64,000 nt of DNA from an uncultured Gemmatimonadales bacterium (GTDB lineage Bacteria > Gemmatimonadota > Gemmatimonadetes > Gemmatimonadales > GWC2-71-9): assembly GCA_963771275.1 (NCBI GenBank), contig CAVYSW010000010.1:768001-832000 (forward strand), in the 5' to 3' direction. The notes beneath the pieces are model-generated. The model saw nothing but the letters and a program-made list of their open reading frames with translations, was not told the origin of the DNA and searched no databases. Made by a program: the position numbers and the translations under genes. Positions 47,156 through 58,326 of this stretch are shown here, in pieces. Numbering within the stretch: position 1 is the first letter of the stretch; each line of letters begins with the position of its first letter.

Positions 47156-48180
47156 GGTGCGAAGTCGTCGTCCGCCGTGGGCTGAGATTCCGTGGCGATG
47201 GCCGTGGCGACGAGCCGCCAGAGCTGCTCGCGCAGCGTGTCGAGCCCGCGGTGCGCGACCGCCGAGACGGCGATCACCGCTTGCGCCTCGGGCGCCTCCA
47301 GCGCGGGCAGGGCGCCGTCGGGCGGCAGCAGGTCGAGCTTGGTGAACACGACGACGTGCGGCTTCCGCGCGAGCAGCGGGCTGTAGGCGGTCGCCTCGCG
47401 GCGCAGCAGGTCGTAGGTGGCGGCAGCGTCGGGCCCGTCGAGCGGGATCAGGTGCGCGAGCACGCGGGTCCGCTCGACGTGGCGCAGGAACCGGTCGCCG
47501 AGCCCCTTGCCCTGGTGCGCGCCCTCGATGATGCCGGGAATGTCCGCCAGGACGAACGAGCGCCCCTCGCCCACCCCCACCACGCCGAGCTGCGGCCTGA
47601 GCGTGGTGAACGGGTAGTCGGCGATCTTCGGCCGGGCGGACGACAGGGCCGCGAGCAGCGTGCTCTTGCCGGCGTTGGGCTCGCCGAGCAGGCCCACGTC
47701 GGCGATCAGCTTGAGAATCAGCCGAATGCGCCGGTCCTCGCCCTCTTCCCCGGGCTCCCACTCACGCGGCGCCTGATGGGTGGGGGTCGCGAACCGCGCG
47801 TTGCCGCGCCCGCCGCGGCCGCCGCGCGCCACGCGCAGCGTCTCGTCCGGCTCCACCAGCTCGCCCAAAACCTCTCCCGTGTCGGCGTCCTGGATCACCG
47901 TGCCGGGCGGGACGGGAAGGTACACGTCGTCCGACGACCTGCCCGTCTTGTTGGAGCCCTTCCCGTGCTGAGCGCGCTCCGCCTTCCAGTGATTGCGGTA
48001 CTGGTAGTCGAGCAGCGTGGACATCTGGGCGTTCACGCGGACATAGATGCTGCCGCCGTGCCCGCCGTCGCCGCCGTCCGGCCCGCCCTTGGGCACGAAC
48101 GTCTCGCGGCGGAACGACATGCAGCCCGACCCGCCGGTGCCGGCGGTGACCTGGATCGTGGCCTCGTCGAGAAACGTCAT
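47152..48180 (-). CDS. obgE: GTPase ObgE
   Basis: FLDEA, FRRETFVPKGGPDGGDGG, GEPNAGKS, KIADYPFTT, DIPG; GAGGT RBS before ATG 48180. Confidence 0.97.
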   Translation of the reverse strand: MTFLDEATIQVTAGTGGSGCMSFRRETFVPKGGPDGGDGGHGGSIYVRVNAQMSTLLDYQYRNHWKAERAQHGKGSNKTGRSSDDVYLPVPPGTVIQDADTGEVLGELVEPDETLRVARGGRGGRGNARFATPTHQAPREWEPGEEGEDRRIRLILKLIADVGLLGEPNAGKSTLLAALSSARPKIADYPFTTLRPQLGVVGVGEGRSFVLADIPGIIEGAHQGKGLGDRFLRHVERTRVLAHLIPLDGPDAAATYDLLRREATAYSPLLARKPHVVVFTKLDLLPPDGALPALEAPEAQAVIAVSAVAHRGLDTLREQLWRLVATAIATESQPTADDDFAP

Positions 48181-48329
48181 CGGGACCTCGCGACGGCCGG
48201 ACAGCACGGCGGCCAGGTGATGCTCCGCCTCGGCGACGAGGCGCGGCAGGCAGGCGCGGGGGACCGAACGCATGCCCCACGGTGGCGGCCCCCGCCCGTG
48301 CGCGACACATCAATCGGGCGCGGCACCGC

Positions 48330-49325
48330 TCATTCGAACGAGATCGCGCCGGCCGCGTCCAGCGCGCCCACGATCTCGTTCCGCGTGTTGTAGACCGGAA
48401 ACCGGGCAAAGCGATCGAGCGACGGATGGGGCTCGAACCCCAGCTGCCGCAGCACGGCGACCAGCGCCGCCATGTTGGCGCGCGCGTCACCATCCTCGAC
48501 CTTGATGGCAAGCCCGAGGCCGCGGCGCGGCAGCGCCGCCCCGTAGACCCCGTCCGCGCCCACCTTGGCGACGACGTCCCCGGGATAGGCGCGCATCACC
48601 GTGGTGCAGAGCCGATAGCGGCCGGCGACGAGATCGGGGTGGGCGAGCATCGCGCCCCGGAGCCGGGTCGCCGGCTCGTCGTCCGCGACCCCGAAGCGGG
48701 CGAACGCACCGGCCATGGCGTCGAGCGGCACCTGGAACGTCACGACGCCGCAGCCGTCCACCGCTTCCGCGATCGCGTCAGCCGGCATTCGGGTCCAGCG
48801 CGCCACTTCCGCCCGGCAGCGCTGCTGCACCGGGTGGTCCGGGCGATGGTAGCCCGCCACCGGCCAGCCGTGTGCCCGGGCGAGAGCCAGCATGCCCGCG
48901 TGCTTGCCCGAGCAGTTGCTGGCGAGGCGTCCGGGCGGCTCGAGATCGTCGGGCGGGCGCTCGTCGGGGAGCAGCACGCCCAGCTCCAGCGCCAGCGCGC
49001 GGTGCGGGCCGCACGCCAGGTCGGCCTCGGTGCAGTCGAGCCGCTGCAGCAGGCCGCGCGCGATCGCGACCTGGCGCCGCTCGGAGTTGTGCGACGCGCA
49101 CGCCAGCGCCAGCTCCTCGGGCGACATGGCGAAGCGGTCCGCCGCCCCGTCGGCGACGATCGGCATGGCCTGAAACGGCTTGGCCGCCGAGCGCATGAAC
49201 ACCGGGAAGCGCGGATCGCCGTTGGTCGCGACCCGACGACCGGCGGGATCCACGACGGCGAGCGAGACCCGGTGGACCGACTCGACGGTGCTGCCGCGGC
49301 GGGCTTCGATGGTGAGTGACGACAC
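48330..49325 (-). CDS. L-asparaginase II family (Rhizobium AnsA-type)
   Basis: RSAAKPFQA, CASH, NCSGKH, DGCG, KVGADG, KVEDG. Confidence 0.9.
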   Translation of the reverse strand: MSSLTIEARRGSTVESVHRVSLAVVDPAGRRVATNGDPRFPVFMRSAAKPFQAMPIVADGAADRFAMSPEELALACASHNSERRQVAIARGLLQRLDCTEADLACGPHRALALELGVLLPDERPPDDLEPPGRLASNCSGKHAGMLALARAHGWPVAGYHRPDHPVQQRCRAEVARWTRMPADAIAEAVDGCGVVTFQVPLDAMAGAFARFGVADDEPATRLRGAMLAHPDLVAGRYRLCTTVMRAYPGDVVAKVGADGVYGAALPRRGLGLAIKVEDGDARANMAALVAVLRQLGFEPHPSLDRFARFPVYNTRNEIVGALDAAGAISFE

Positions 49326-49336
49326 GGGGGAATAAT

Positions 49337-49437
49337 CAATGTTCAATGCTCAATGTTCAATGCCCAATGTTCAATCCTCAATGGTCAATGTCCAACTACT
49401 TGGATATTGAGCATTGGTTATTGAACATTGGACATTC
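49337..49437. repeat. Palindromic heptamer element (CAATGNN)8-core-(NNCATTG)5
   Basis: Eight CAATGNN-type units, core CAACTACTTG, then GATATTG AGCATTG GTTATTG AACATTG GACATTC. Confidence 0.92.
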
Positions 49438-49453
49438 GCTGTAGATTGTGCCC

Positions 49454-50986
49454 ATGCGTGCGTTGGTCGCTCTCGCCCTCGTCCTGGCCCCGGTGGGGGC
49501 GGCAGGCCAGCAGCTCCCGCCGCACGCCAATCTCCCGCTCGATCACTGGACGATGCCCTACCTCGAGCACCTCGTGGCGCGCCGGGTCGTCGCCGACCCG
49601 ACGCCGCTGGTGCGCCCGTGGACGGTGGGCGCGATCGGCCGGGCGGTGGCGGCCGCCGACACGACCCGCCTCTCCGTGGCGGACCGCGCCACGCTTGCGA
49701 TGCTGCGGCGGGCCCTCGTCCCCGAGGCCGCCGACCTCACGCTCACGGCAGGGGCCGACGCGGGCGCGCGCGCGGCGACGCACGCGCGGCGCACCGCGTT
49801 CGATCTCCGGCCCGCCGGGCCGGGCGACGTCGTCCCGGTGGGGGGCTTCACGCTCGGGCTCCAGTTCGGGCCCGCGCTCGTGCTGATGCACCCCGTGTGG
49901 CTCGGCAACCTGTACGACGACCCCGACGTCGGCGCCACGAAGCAGCCGATGCGAGGCCGCTTCGCCGAGGCGTACGTGGCGTATCGCTCGCGCCTGTTCG
50001 ACCTGGACTTCGGCAACGTGTCGCGCAACTGGGGCCCGCCGATGTTCCCCGGCCTGCTGTTCTCCACCTGGACGCCGTCGATCGACCATCTGTACCTGCG
50101 GTTCGGGCCGCCCGCCATTTCGCTCGTGCTGGTCGTGGCGCAGCTCGATCGCATGGCCAACACGAACGGCGACCTGAGCAACCGGTACTTCTACGCCGGC
50201 CGCCTGCAGGTCCGGCCGGCCCGCTGGATCGATCTCGCCGCGTGGCAGGGCACGATCGCGAGCGGCCCGAACCGCTCGGTCGACCTGTGGTTCCTCAATC
50301 CGTTCAAGACCACGTTCCAGTCGCGCGACGAGCACCAGCAGGCGGCGAACGTGTGGCTCGGCGGGGATGGCGAGCTGCGGCTGGGCCGGTTCACGCTCGA
50401 CGGCAGCCTCACGATCGACGACATCCAGCTGTTCAAGTCGGGCGGAGCGGGCGACCAGGAGCCGCCGTCGTACGCGGGCTCGGCGACGGTGACGACGCAC
50501 GCCGGGCCGGTCGGGTTACGACTGGGGTACACCCGCGTGAGCAACCTGATGTACCGCACCGGCGACCCGTCGGAATCACCGATCACCGGCGTGAACCTCG
50601 GGCGCAGTCGCTTCGGCACGGGGCTGGCGCGCAACTTCAGCGACTACGAGCAGGCGACGTTTTTGGCGACGTTCGTGCCGCTGCCGGGCGTGCTGCTGCA
50701 GCCCGAGCTCACGTGGCTGCGTCAGGGCGAAGGCGATTTTCGCCTGCCGTTCCCCACGAGCGCCGAATACGCCACGACGCCCACGATCTTCGCCGGCATC
50801 GTCGAGCGCACGTGGCGCACGGCGCTCCGCGCCTCGGTGCACCTGCCGTTCGATCTCACCGTCGAGGGGGACGCCGGCGCCCACTTCCTGGCGAACGCGC
50901 AGCACGTACAGGGCGCCAAGCAGACCGACTTCGTCGGCAGCCTGGTGGTGCGGTTCGGCGTCAGCCGGCTTTGGGGACTGCACTGA
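49454..50986 (+). CDS. Outer-membrane beta-barrel, capsule assembly Wzi-like
   Basis: Signal peptide; RPWT, RNWGP...GLLFS and FLNPF motifs resemble the Wzi family. Confidence 0.65.
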   Translation: MRALVALALVLAPVGAAGQQLPPHANLPLDHWTMPYLEHLVARRVVADPTPLVRPWTVGAIGRAVAAADTTRLSVADRATLAMLRRALVPEAADLTLTAGADAGARAATHARRTAFDLRPAGPGDVVPVGGFTLGLQFGPALVLMHPVWLGNLYDDPDVGATKQPMRGRFAEAYVAYRSRLFDLDFGNVSRNWGPPMFPGLLFSTWTPSIDHLYLRFGPPAISLVLVVAQLDRMANTNGDLSNRYFYAGRLQVRPARWIDLAAWQGTIASGPNRSVDLWFLNPFKTTFQSRDEHQQAANVWLGGDGELRLGRFTLDGSLTIDDIQLFKSGGAGDQEPPSYAGSATVTTHAGPVGLRLGYTRVSNLMYRTGDPSESPITGVNLGRSRFGTGLARNFSDYEQATFLATFVPLPGVLLQPELTWLRQGEGDFRLPFPTSAEYATTPTIFAGIVERTWRTALRASVHLPFDLTVEGDAGAHFLANAQHVQGAKQTDFVGSLVVRFGVSRLWGLH

Positions 50987-50988
50987 GA

Positions 50989-51077
50989 CACCGCAGAGAT
51001 CGCAGAGCACGCAGAGGAGTGACGGGTGGGGACGGTACGGTCAGGTCCTCTCTGCGGTCTCTGCGCTCTCTGCGGTG
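50989..51077. repeat. Inverted nonamer arrays (NNCGCAGAG)3 between convergent genes
   Basis: C-ACCGCAGAG ATCGCAGAG CACGCAGAG ... CTCTGCGGT CTCTGCGCT CTCTGCGGT-G. Confidence 0.88.
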
Positions 51078-51086
51078 CAAAACGGA

Positions 51087-51617
51087 TCAGCCGTTCCATC
51101 CCTCCCGCTCGCGCAGCGCGGTGATGTGCGCGATGTGGTGGCGGCCGTGCCAGGCGTACAGCGCCACCAGGTAGTCCACGTTCATCGCGCCGCTCTCCGG
51201 GTGATGCAGCGGCCGGGCGAACGCCGCCGCGTCGAGCGAGCGGAGCAGCACCACCCAGCGCGCGTGCAGGTGCTCCAGCAATCCAAGCGACAGCTCGATT
51301 GGCGCCGTCCGCGCGTCCGCCAGCTCGGCCCAGCGCTTCTCCTCGTACGGCCTGATGGTGGGCATCTCCTCGGTGAGCGCGAGCTTGATGCGGGTGTATG
51401 CGTTCACGTGGCTGTCCGGCACGTGGTGCACGACCTGCCGCACGGTCCACCCGCCCGGCCGGTAGGGGGTGTCGAGCTGGCCGTCGGAGAGCCCGCGCAC
51501 GGCCGCCCGCAGCCCCGCGGGCGCCGCGGCGATCTCGCCGATCCAGCGCTCGCGCAGCGCCGCGTCGGCGATCGTGGGAGGGGCAAAGCGGCCGATCGGG
51601 TATCGCAGGTCGGTCAT
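51087..51617 (-). CDS. DinB/YfiT-family metal-dependent protein (bacillithiol transferase-like)
   Basis: DLRYPIG, LDTPYRPGGWTVRQVVHHVPDSH, YAWHGRHHIAHI. Confidence 0.92.
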   Translation of the reverse strand: MTDLRYPIGRFAPPTIADAALRERWIGEIAAAPAGLRAAVRGLSDGQLDTPYRPGGWTVRQVVHHVPDSHVNAYTRIKLALTEEMPTIRPYEEKRWAELADARTAPIELSLGLLEHLHARWVVLLRSLDAAAFARPLHHPESGAMNVDYLVALYAWHGRHHIAHITALREREGWNG

Positions 51618-52198
51618 ACGGGCCTCGCGGCGTAGCGCCGCAGGTTACCGCGCGCCCGGTACGTGGCCGGTCCGATCTCGAACCCGGCGGCGCGGACGGT
51701 GGCTTCGGTGTCGCGATTGGGGTGGCAGCCGCCCGCGCACCAGGTCCAGAGCGGCTGCACGGTATCCTGCCACCGCCCGCCAAGCCGCGAGAGGGATCGC
51801 ACGTGCTCCAGCATCCGCAACGTCCCCGCCGGCGCCAGGACGCGGCGTACCTCGCGCAGCCCGAGCGCCGGATCGCCGACGCCGCAGAACACCAGTCCGC
51901 TCACGACCGTGTCGAACACGCCGTCCCGAAACGGCAGTGCCTCGGCCCGGCCAACCACCAGCGGCACGCCTGGGGCGCGGCGTCGCCCGCGGCGCAGCAG
52001 CGCGCGGTCGGGATCGAGCGCCACCGGGCGCGCCCCGTCACGATACAGCGGCAGGTTGCGTCCGGTCCCGGCGCCGATGTCGAGGGTGCGGCCACGCGCG
52101 CCGTCCACCAGCCAGACGCGCCACGCGAACAGCCCCGCACGCTCGACGATCGCCATGAACGAGTCGTACAGCCACGGGATGTGCTCGACGCCCCGCAC
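51614..52198 (-). CDS. Class I SAM-dependent methyltransferase
   Basis: LDIGAGTG, AEALPF, FDTVV, LEHVR, GGCHPNR. Confidence 0.92.
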   Translation of the reverse strand: MRGVEHIPWLYDSFMAIVERAGLFAWRVWLVDGARGRTLDIGAGTGRNLPLYRDGARPVALDPDRALLRRGRRRAPGVPLVVGRAEALPFRDGVFDTVVSGLVFCGVGDPALGLREVRRVLAPAGTLRMLEHVRSLSRLGGRWQDTVQPLWTWCAGGCHPNRDTEATVRAAGFEIGPATYRARGNLRRYAARPV

Positions 52199-54589
<2,391 letters not shown>

Positions 54590-54668
54590 CCTAGCGCACT
54601 CCCCCGTCTCCTTGTGTTTCCCGTCTGTAAGACACTTGTCGCACAAGAAGTTTCCGTGGAGGAGCCCC

Positions 54669-54711
54669 AAAGAAGCAACCCCGCCCCGGGAGGTCCTCCG
54701 GGGCGGGGCTG
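54669..54711 (-). terminator. Intrinsic terminator downstream of tRNA-Val
   Basis: CAGCCCCGCCCCGG...CCGGGGCGGGGTTG stem followed by CTTCTTT. Confidence 0.8.
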
Positions 54712-54716
54712 TTCAA

Positions 54717-54790
54717 TGGGCGGTACTGGATTCGAACCAGTGACCTCCGGTATGTGAGACCGGCGCTCTAACCAGCTGAGCTAACCACCC
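54717..54790 (-). tRNA. tRNA-Val (CAC)
   Basis: GGGTGGTTAGCTCAGCTGGTTAGAGCGCCGGTCTCACATACCGGAGGTCACTGGTTCGAATCCAGTACCGCCCA. Confidence 0.96.
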
Positions 54791-54890
54791 GGGGCTCGGT
54801 CACCAACGGAGCGGAATATCACGTCTGCGGGGGCTTTCCTCAACCCCAATGGGACCACGAGAATGGCGGTGCGCACGAGACGGTTCGCTG

Positions 54891-55637
54891 TCAGCCGGGA
54901 TTATATCCCGACGTCACCAGCGAGCCGACGGTAGCATGCCAGGGCTCCACCGCCTCCTCACGCGGGACGACGAGCCGCTTCTGTCGGACAGGGGCGAATC
55001 CGGCGCCCTCGAAAACCAGAGCCCACTGCGCGGCGCTGAGCAGCGCCATGCGAAGCCCGACGTACTGCGGCCAGCCGTGGCTCTCCGGGTTCTCCGCGTA
55101 GAAGTCCACCGCGGAGACGAAGAGGGCCCCCGGCTTCAGCAACCGCCGGATCTCCGCCAGCCCGGCAGGGATGTCGGGCAGATAGTACAAGGCCTCCATC
55201 GAGAAGATCACGTCGAAGCTCCCATACGGGAGGTGGTGGCTGGGGAACACCGCTTCGTGGAACTCAACGCCGGCGTAACCGCGCGAGAGCTCCCGTGCCC
55301 GCGCCACCATCTCAGGCGCGGCATCAAGCCCGACCGCGCGACCGCGAGGCAGCCGGGCAGCCGCCCACCGCACGGTGTACCCGTTGCCGCACCCGATGTC
55401 GAGGTACCACCCGTCGGGTGGCAGCTGAATGCCGTCCAGGATGCGGCGCACAACCGGCCCGTGGGCCCGTTCCATTCCGGCGGCGCGGCCGTCCAGTGCC
55501 CAGGTGCTGAACACCTCGGGCTTGGTCGCCGCGAACGCGCGCGGTTGGCGCCTGATGAGCCGCATCAGCCGACGCCACAGCGCCCGTGCTAGGCGGGCCG
55601 GAGCCGTCAGGAGGGCGTTGGTCATGATCATCGTCAT
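54891..55637 (-). CDS. Class I SAM-dependent methyltransferase
   Basis: YLDIGCGNGY, GLDAAPEM, FSMEALYY, LKPG; start uncertain. Confidence 0.9.
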   Translation of the reverse strand: MTMIMTNALLTAPARLARALWRRLMRLIRRQPRAFAATKPEVFSTWALDGRAAGMERAHGPVVRRILDGIQLPPDGWYLDIGCGNGYTVRWAAARLPRGRAVGLDAAPEMVARARELSRGYAGVEFHEAVFPSHHLPYGSFDVIFSMEALYYLPDIPAGLAEIRRLLKPGALFVSAVDFYAENPESHGWPQYVGLRMALLSAAQWALVFEGAGFAPVRQKRLVVPREEAVEPWHATVGSLVTSGYNPG

Positions 55638-55706
55638 CGTTGAAACATCGCGCGGCCGAGCTCCAGGGCTCGGCCCCTCGCCACCCACGTGAGCTGGGCA
55701 ATGCAG

Positions 55707-55780
55707 TGGGCCCTGAAGGATTTGAACCTTCGACCGACGGATTATGAGTCCGCTGCTCTAACCACCTGAGCTAAGGGCCC
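55707..55780 (-). tRNA. tRNA with CAT anticodon, most likely tRNA-Ile2 (lysidine)
   Basis: GGGCCCTTAGCTCAGGTGGTTAGAGCAGCGGACTCATAATCCG...; paired G1-C72 and no 3GC anticodon stem argue against the initiator; resembles ileX-type genes. Confidence 0.9.
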
Positions 55781-56087
55781 GGCACGCTTGAGGAATCATA
55801 TCGCGCCACCCGCACCGCACAAACCCCCTGCGGGCCGATCCGGTTGGCGCACCACGCCAGTTGAGGATCGCGCGGCCAGGTGCTTGCGGGCGTCCGGGAG
55901 GAACCACATCTTCGATCCGTAGTCCACCTCGCGACGGTGGTTGCTCCCCCCGCCGGCTGGGCAGCGCCCGACGACGACGCGAGTCTCCACCGCTCCGTTA
56001 CCGCGGCTCGGTATCGAGCCGCACCACTGGGTCGAACGCCAAAGCGCGAAGCGGCCCACGCTCGCGCGGCGGCGGGAAGGAGGAGCC

Positions 56088-56375
56088 GTGCGCCCCCTCA
56101 GAAACCACCTTGTTGCGTTGATCTTTCTGGTTGCTCCCTTGGGGTGCGCTAAGATCCCCAAACCGCCGCCTGGGGCGCCCGGCCAACTCGAGTCCGAGAA
56201 ACTCGCGATTGCCGACACGCTACCGCTGGCGTGGGGGAAGCTGGTCTCAGTGACTCCCGGTACCGTGGTTGATCGCCTCTGGTTCGAGAACGATGCGGGA
56301 GAAATCAGGATCGTGACCTACAATCACGATCAACGACGCTTTTGGTCAATGGCACCCGTGATTCGCAGAAAGTGA
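56088..56375 (+). CDS. Small putative lipoprotein
   Basis: AGGAGGAG RBS, GTG start, hydrophobic signal ending in LGC; 95 aa. Confidence 0.7.
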   Translation: MRPLRNHLVALIFLVAPLGCAKIPKPPPGAPGQLESEKLAIADTLPLAWGKLVSVTPGTVVDRLWFENDAGEIRIVTYNHDQRRFWSMAPVIRRK

Positions 56376-56386
56376 GGGGCGAACCG

Positions 56387-56614
56387 ATGAACCAGCTCAG
56401 CAGCCTGGGAAGTCGCGCACTGTTCGGCCTGGCGTTCGTGCTTGCTGGCCTCGCCGTCTGGCAGAAACTCGCGACCCTCTTTGGACTCACCCTCACCTTC
56501 CTGGGTGGCGTCGTTCCGTCGCGCTTGCTCGAGTGGGCCGCTGTCGTGCTGTTGTTCGTTATCGCGCTACAGCTGCGAGAAATCAAACACTCTGGAGGCA
56601 AGACGGGAGGCTGA
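56387..56614 (+). CDS. Small two-TM membrane protein
   Basis: GAGGGG RBS; two hydrophobic helices; ends IALQLREIK. Confidence 0.7.
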   Translation: MNQLSSLGSRALFGLAFVLAGLAVWQKLATLFGLTLTFLGGVVPSRLLEWAAVVLLFVIALQLREIKHSGGKTGG

Positions 56615-56819
56615 ACGGCGCCGAGGCCCGTGGGGCGCGGAACCGTTGGACCAGCGGGCTCCGCGCTCCTCAGACCTGCCGACCCAAGACCGCACCAGGC
56701 GGAACGTCCCGGCAACCAGGGGCGATGGCCGTCGTCCTGATCGCCAGCTCCTGGAAGGAAGCACGACGCAGGCGGGACAAGCGGGGATCGCGATCCGACT
56801 CTGCGGGGTAGCGGCTACC

Positions 56820-57947
56820 CTACCCCGCCAGCTCCTCGTACAACGCCAGGTGCGCGTGGATCATCCGCTCCAGCGTGAACCGCTCGAGCACCCGCTGGCG
56901 GCCGCACGCGCCCAGCTTGGCGCGCAGCGCGGCGTCCTCGGTCAGCCGCCGCATCGCCTTGCGCAGCTCGGTGGCGTCGCCCACCGGCACCTCGAGCCCC
57001 GTGACGTTCGCCACGTTCACCTCGTGCACGCCGGTGGGGAGCGCCGTGCTGATCGCGGGCCGCTCGCTCGCCATCGCCTCGAGCAGCGTGACGCCGAACA
57101 TCTCCTGTGACGTGACCGACGGCAGCACGAAGTACGCGGCCGCCCGGTAATAGATCGGGAGGTCGTCGTCCGACACCTCGCCGGCCAGGATGATCTGGCT
57201 CTTGAGGCCCAGCCGCTCGATCCGCTGCTCCAGCTCCGGCCGCACCGGGCCCCCGCCCACGATCACGACGTGGAGGTCGGTGCCCTTGACGGCGTCGAGC
57301 AGCACATGCAGGCCCTTGTAGCCCAGCAGCCGGCCGACGAACAGGCCGACGGGCGTCTGCCCGTCGCCGGGGAAGCAGGCGGGCCGCGCCACGTCGGGCT
57401 TGGGGGAGAAGCGCTGCACGTCCACCCCGAACGGGATCACCCGGATCTTGCCCTCGAACCCGTGCAGCTCCCTGGAGATCGCGATGTGCGCCCCGGTCGC
57501 CGCGACGATCGCCGACGCCCGCTTGAGCACGGCGCGGAGCAGCGGCAGGTACAGGGCTTTGGCGGCCACCTGGCGCCGGATGTCGCTGTGATGCGTCACG
57601 ACGAGCGGCTTGCGCGGCCCCGCGAGATAGGCCACGTCCGCCAGCGGGTGCGGGTGATGCAGGTGCACGACGTCGGCGGGGCCGCGGGCGGCCGCGAGAT
57701 AGCCGCGGGCGAGCGGCTGCGACCACACGATCCGCGTCGTCGGCAGCCGCACCACCACGACGCCGCCGTGCGGCGGCTCGGTGAAGCGCCGCCCCGGCCC
57801 CGGGCGCCGGGCCCAGCCCGACCCGGTGGCGGCGATGACGCGGACGTCGTGGCCCGCCCGCACCGCGCCTTCGGCGAGCTGCGCCACGACCTGCTCGAGA
57901 CCGCCGGGATCGGGCGGATAAAACCTGCTGAGATGGAGAATGCGCAC
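56820..57947 (-). CDS. GT4 glycosyltransferase
   Basis: FYPPDPGGLE, FVGRLLGYKG, EMFGVTLLEAMA. Confidence 0.93.
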   Translation of the reverse strand: MRILHLSRFYPPDPGGLEQVVAQLAEGAVRAGHDVRVIAATGSGWARRPGPGRRFTEPPHGGVVVVRLPTTRIVWSQPLARGYLAAARGPADVVHLHHPHPLADVAYLAGPRKPLVVTHHSDIRRQVAAKALYLPLLRAVLKRASAIVAATGAHIAISRELHGFEGKIRVIPFGVDVQRFSPKPDVARPACFPGDGQTPVGLFVGRLLGYKGLHVLLDAVKGTDLHVVIVGGGPVRPELEQRIERLGLKSQIILAGEVSDDDLPIYYRAAAYFVLPSVTSQEMFGVTLLEAMASERPAISTALPTGVHEVNVANVTGLEVPVGDATELRKAMRRLTEDAALRAKLGACGRQRVLERFTLERMIHAHLALYEELAG

Positions 57948-58096
57948 GCCCGCACCGCCCTTTCGACGTTGGACAACGCGTGAGGCTGGCGTCGAGCACC
58001 GGCACGCGAGGCACGGCACAAAGGAGCCGCGGCCCGCGCACGGCACAAAGACAGGGGCCGGGACGCGGGTTGTCAACCGGGGGGTGGTGTACCGGC

Positions 58097-58131
58097 GGGA
58101 ACGGGGAAACGGGAAACGGGAAACGGGAAGC
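58097..58131 (+). repeat. (GGGAAAC)5 heptamer array
   Basis: GGGAACG GGGAAAC GGGAAAC GGGAAAC GGGAAGC between divergent glycosyltransferases. Confidence 0.88.
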
Positions 58132-58326
58132 GTGAGGGGGACCGCCCCCCCCTCATGGATTGCGGGACGCCGTCCCGAGTGCGACGTTGAGCCCCGTCCT
58201 GACACGCCCGGCGGCCCTGGGCCGGGCCCACACCATGACTCTTGCGCCGTCGCACGTTTCCTTCCCAGACCAGACCGCCTGCTTAACCGGCCGCGCCAGC
58301 CCACCGCGCGCGCCGGGGAGCGTCGC

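Noticed and set aside
55707..55780. CAT tRNA as initiator tRNA-fMet
   Set aside because: It has a paired G1-C72 and lacks three consecutive G-C pairs in the anticodon stem.
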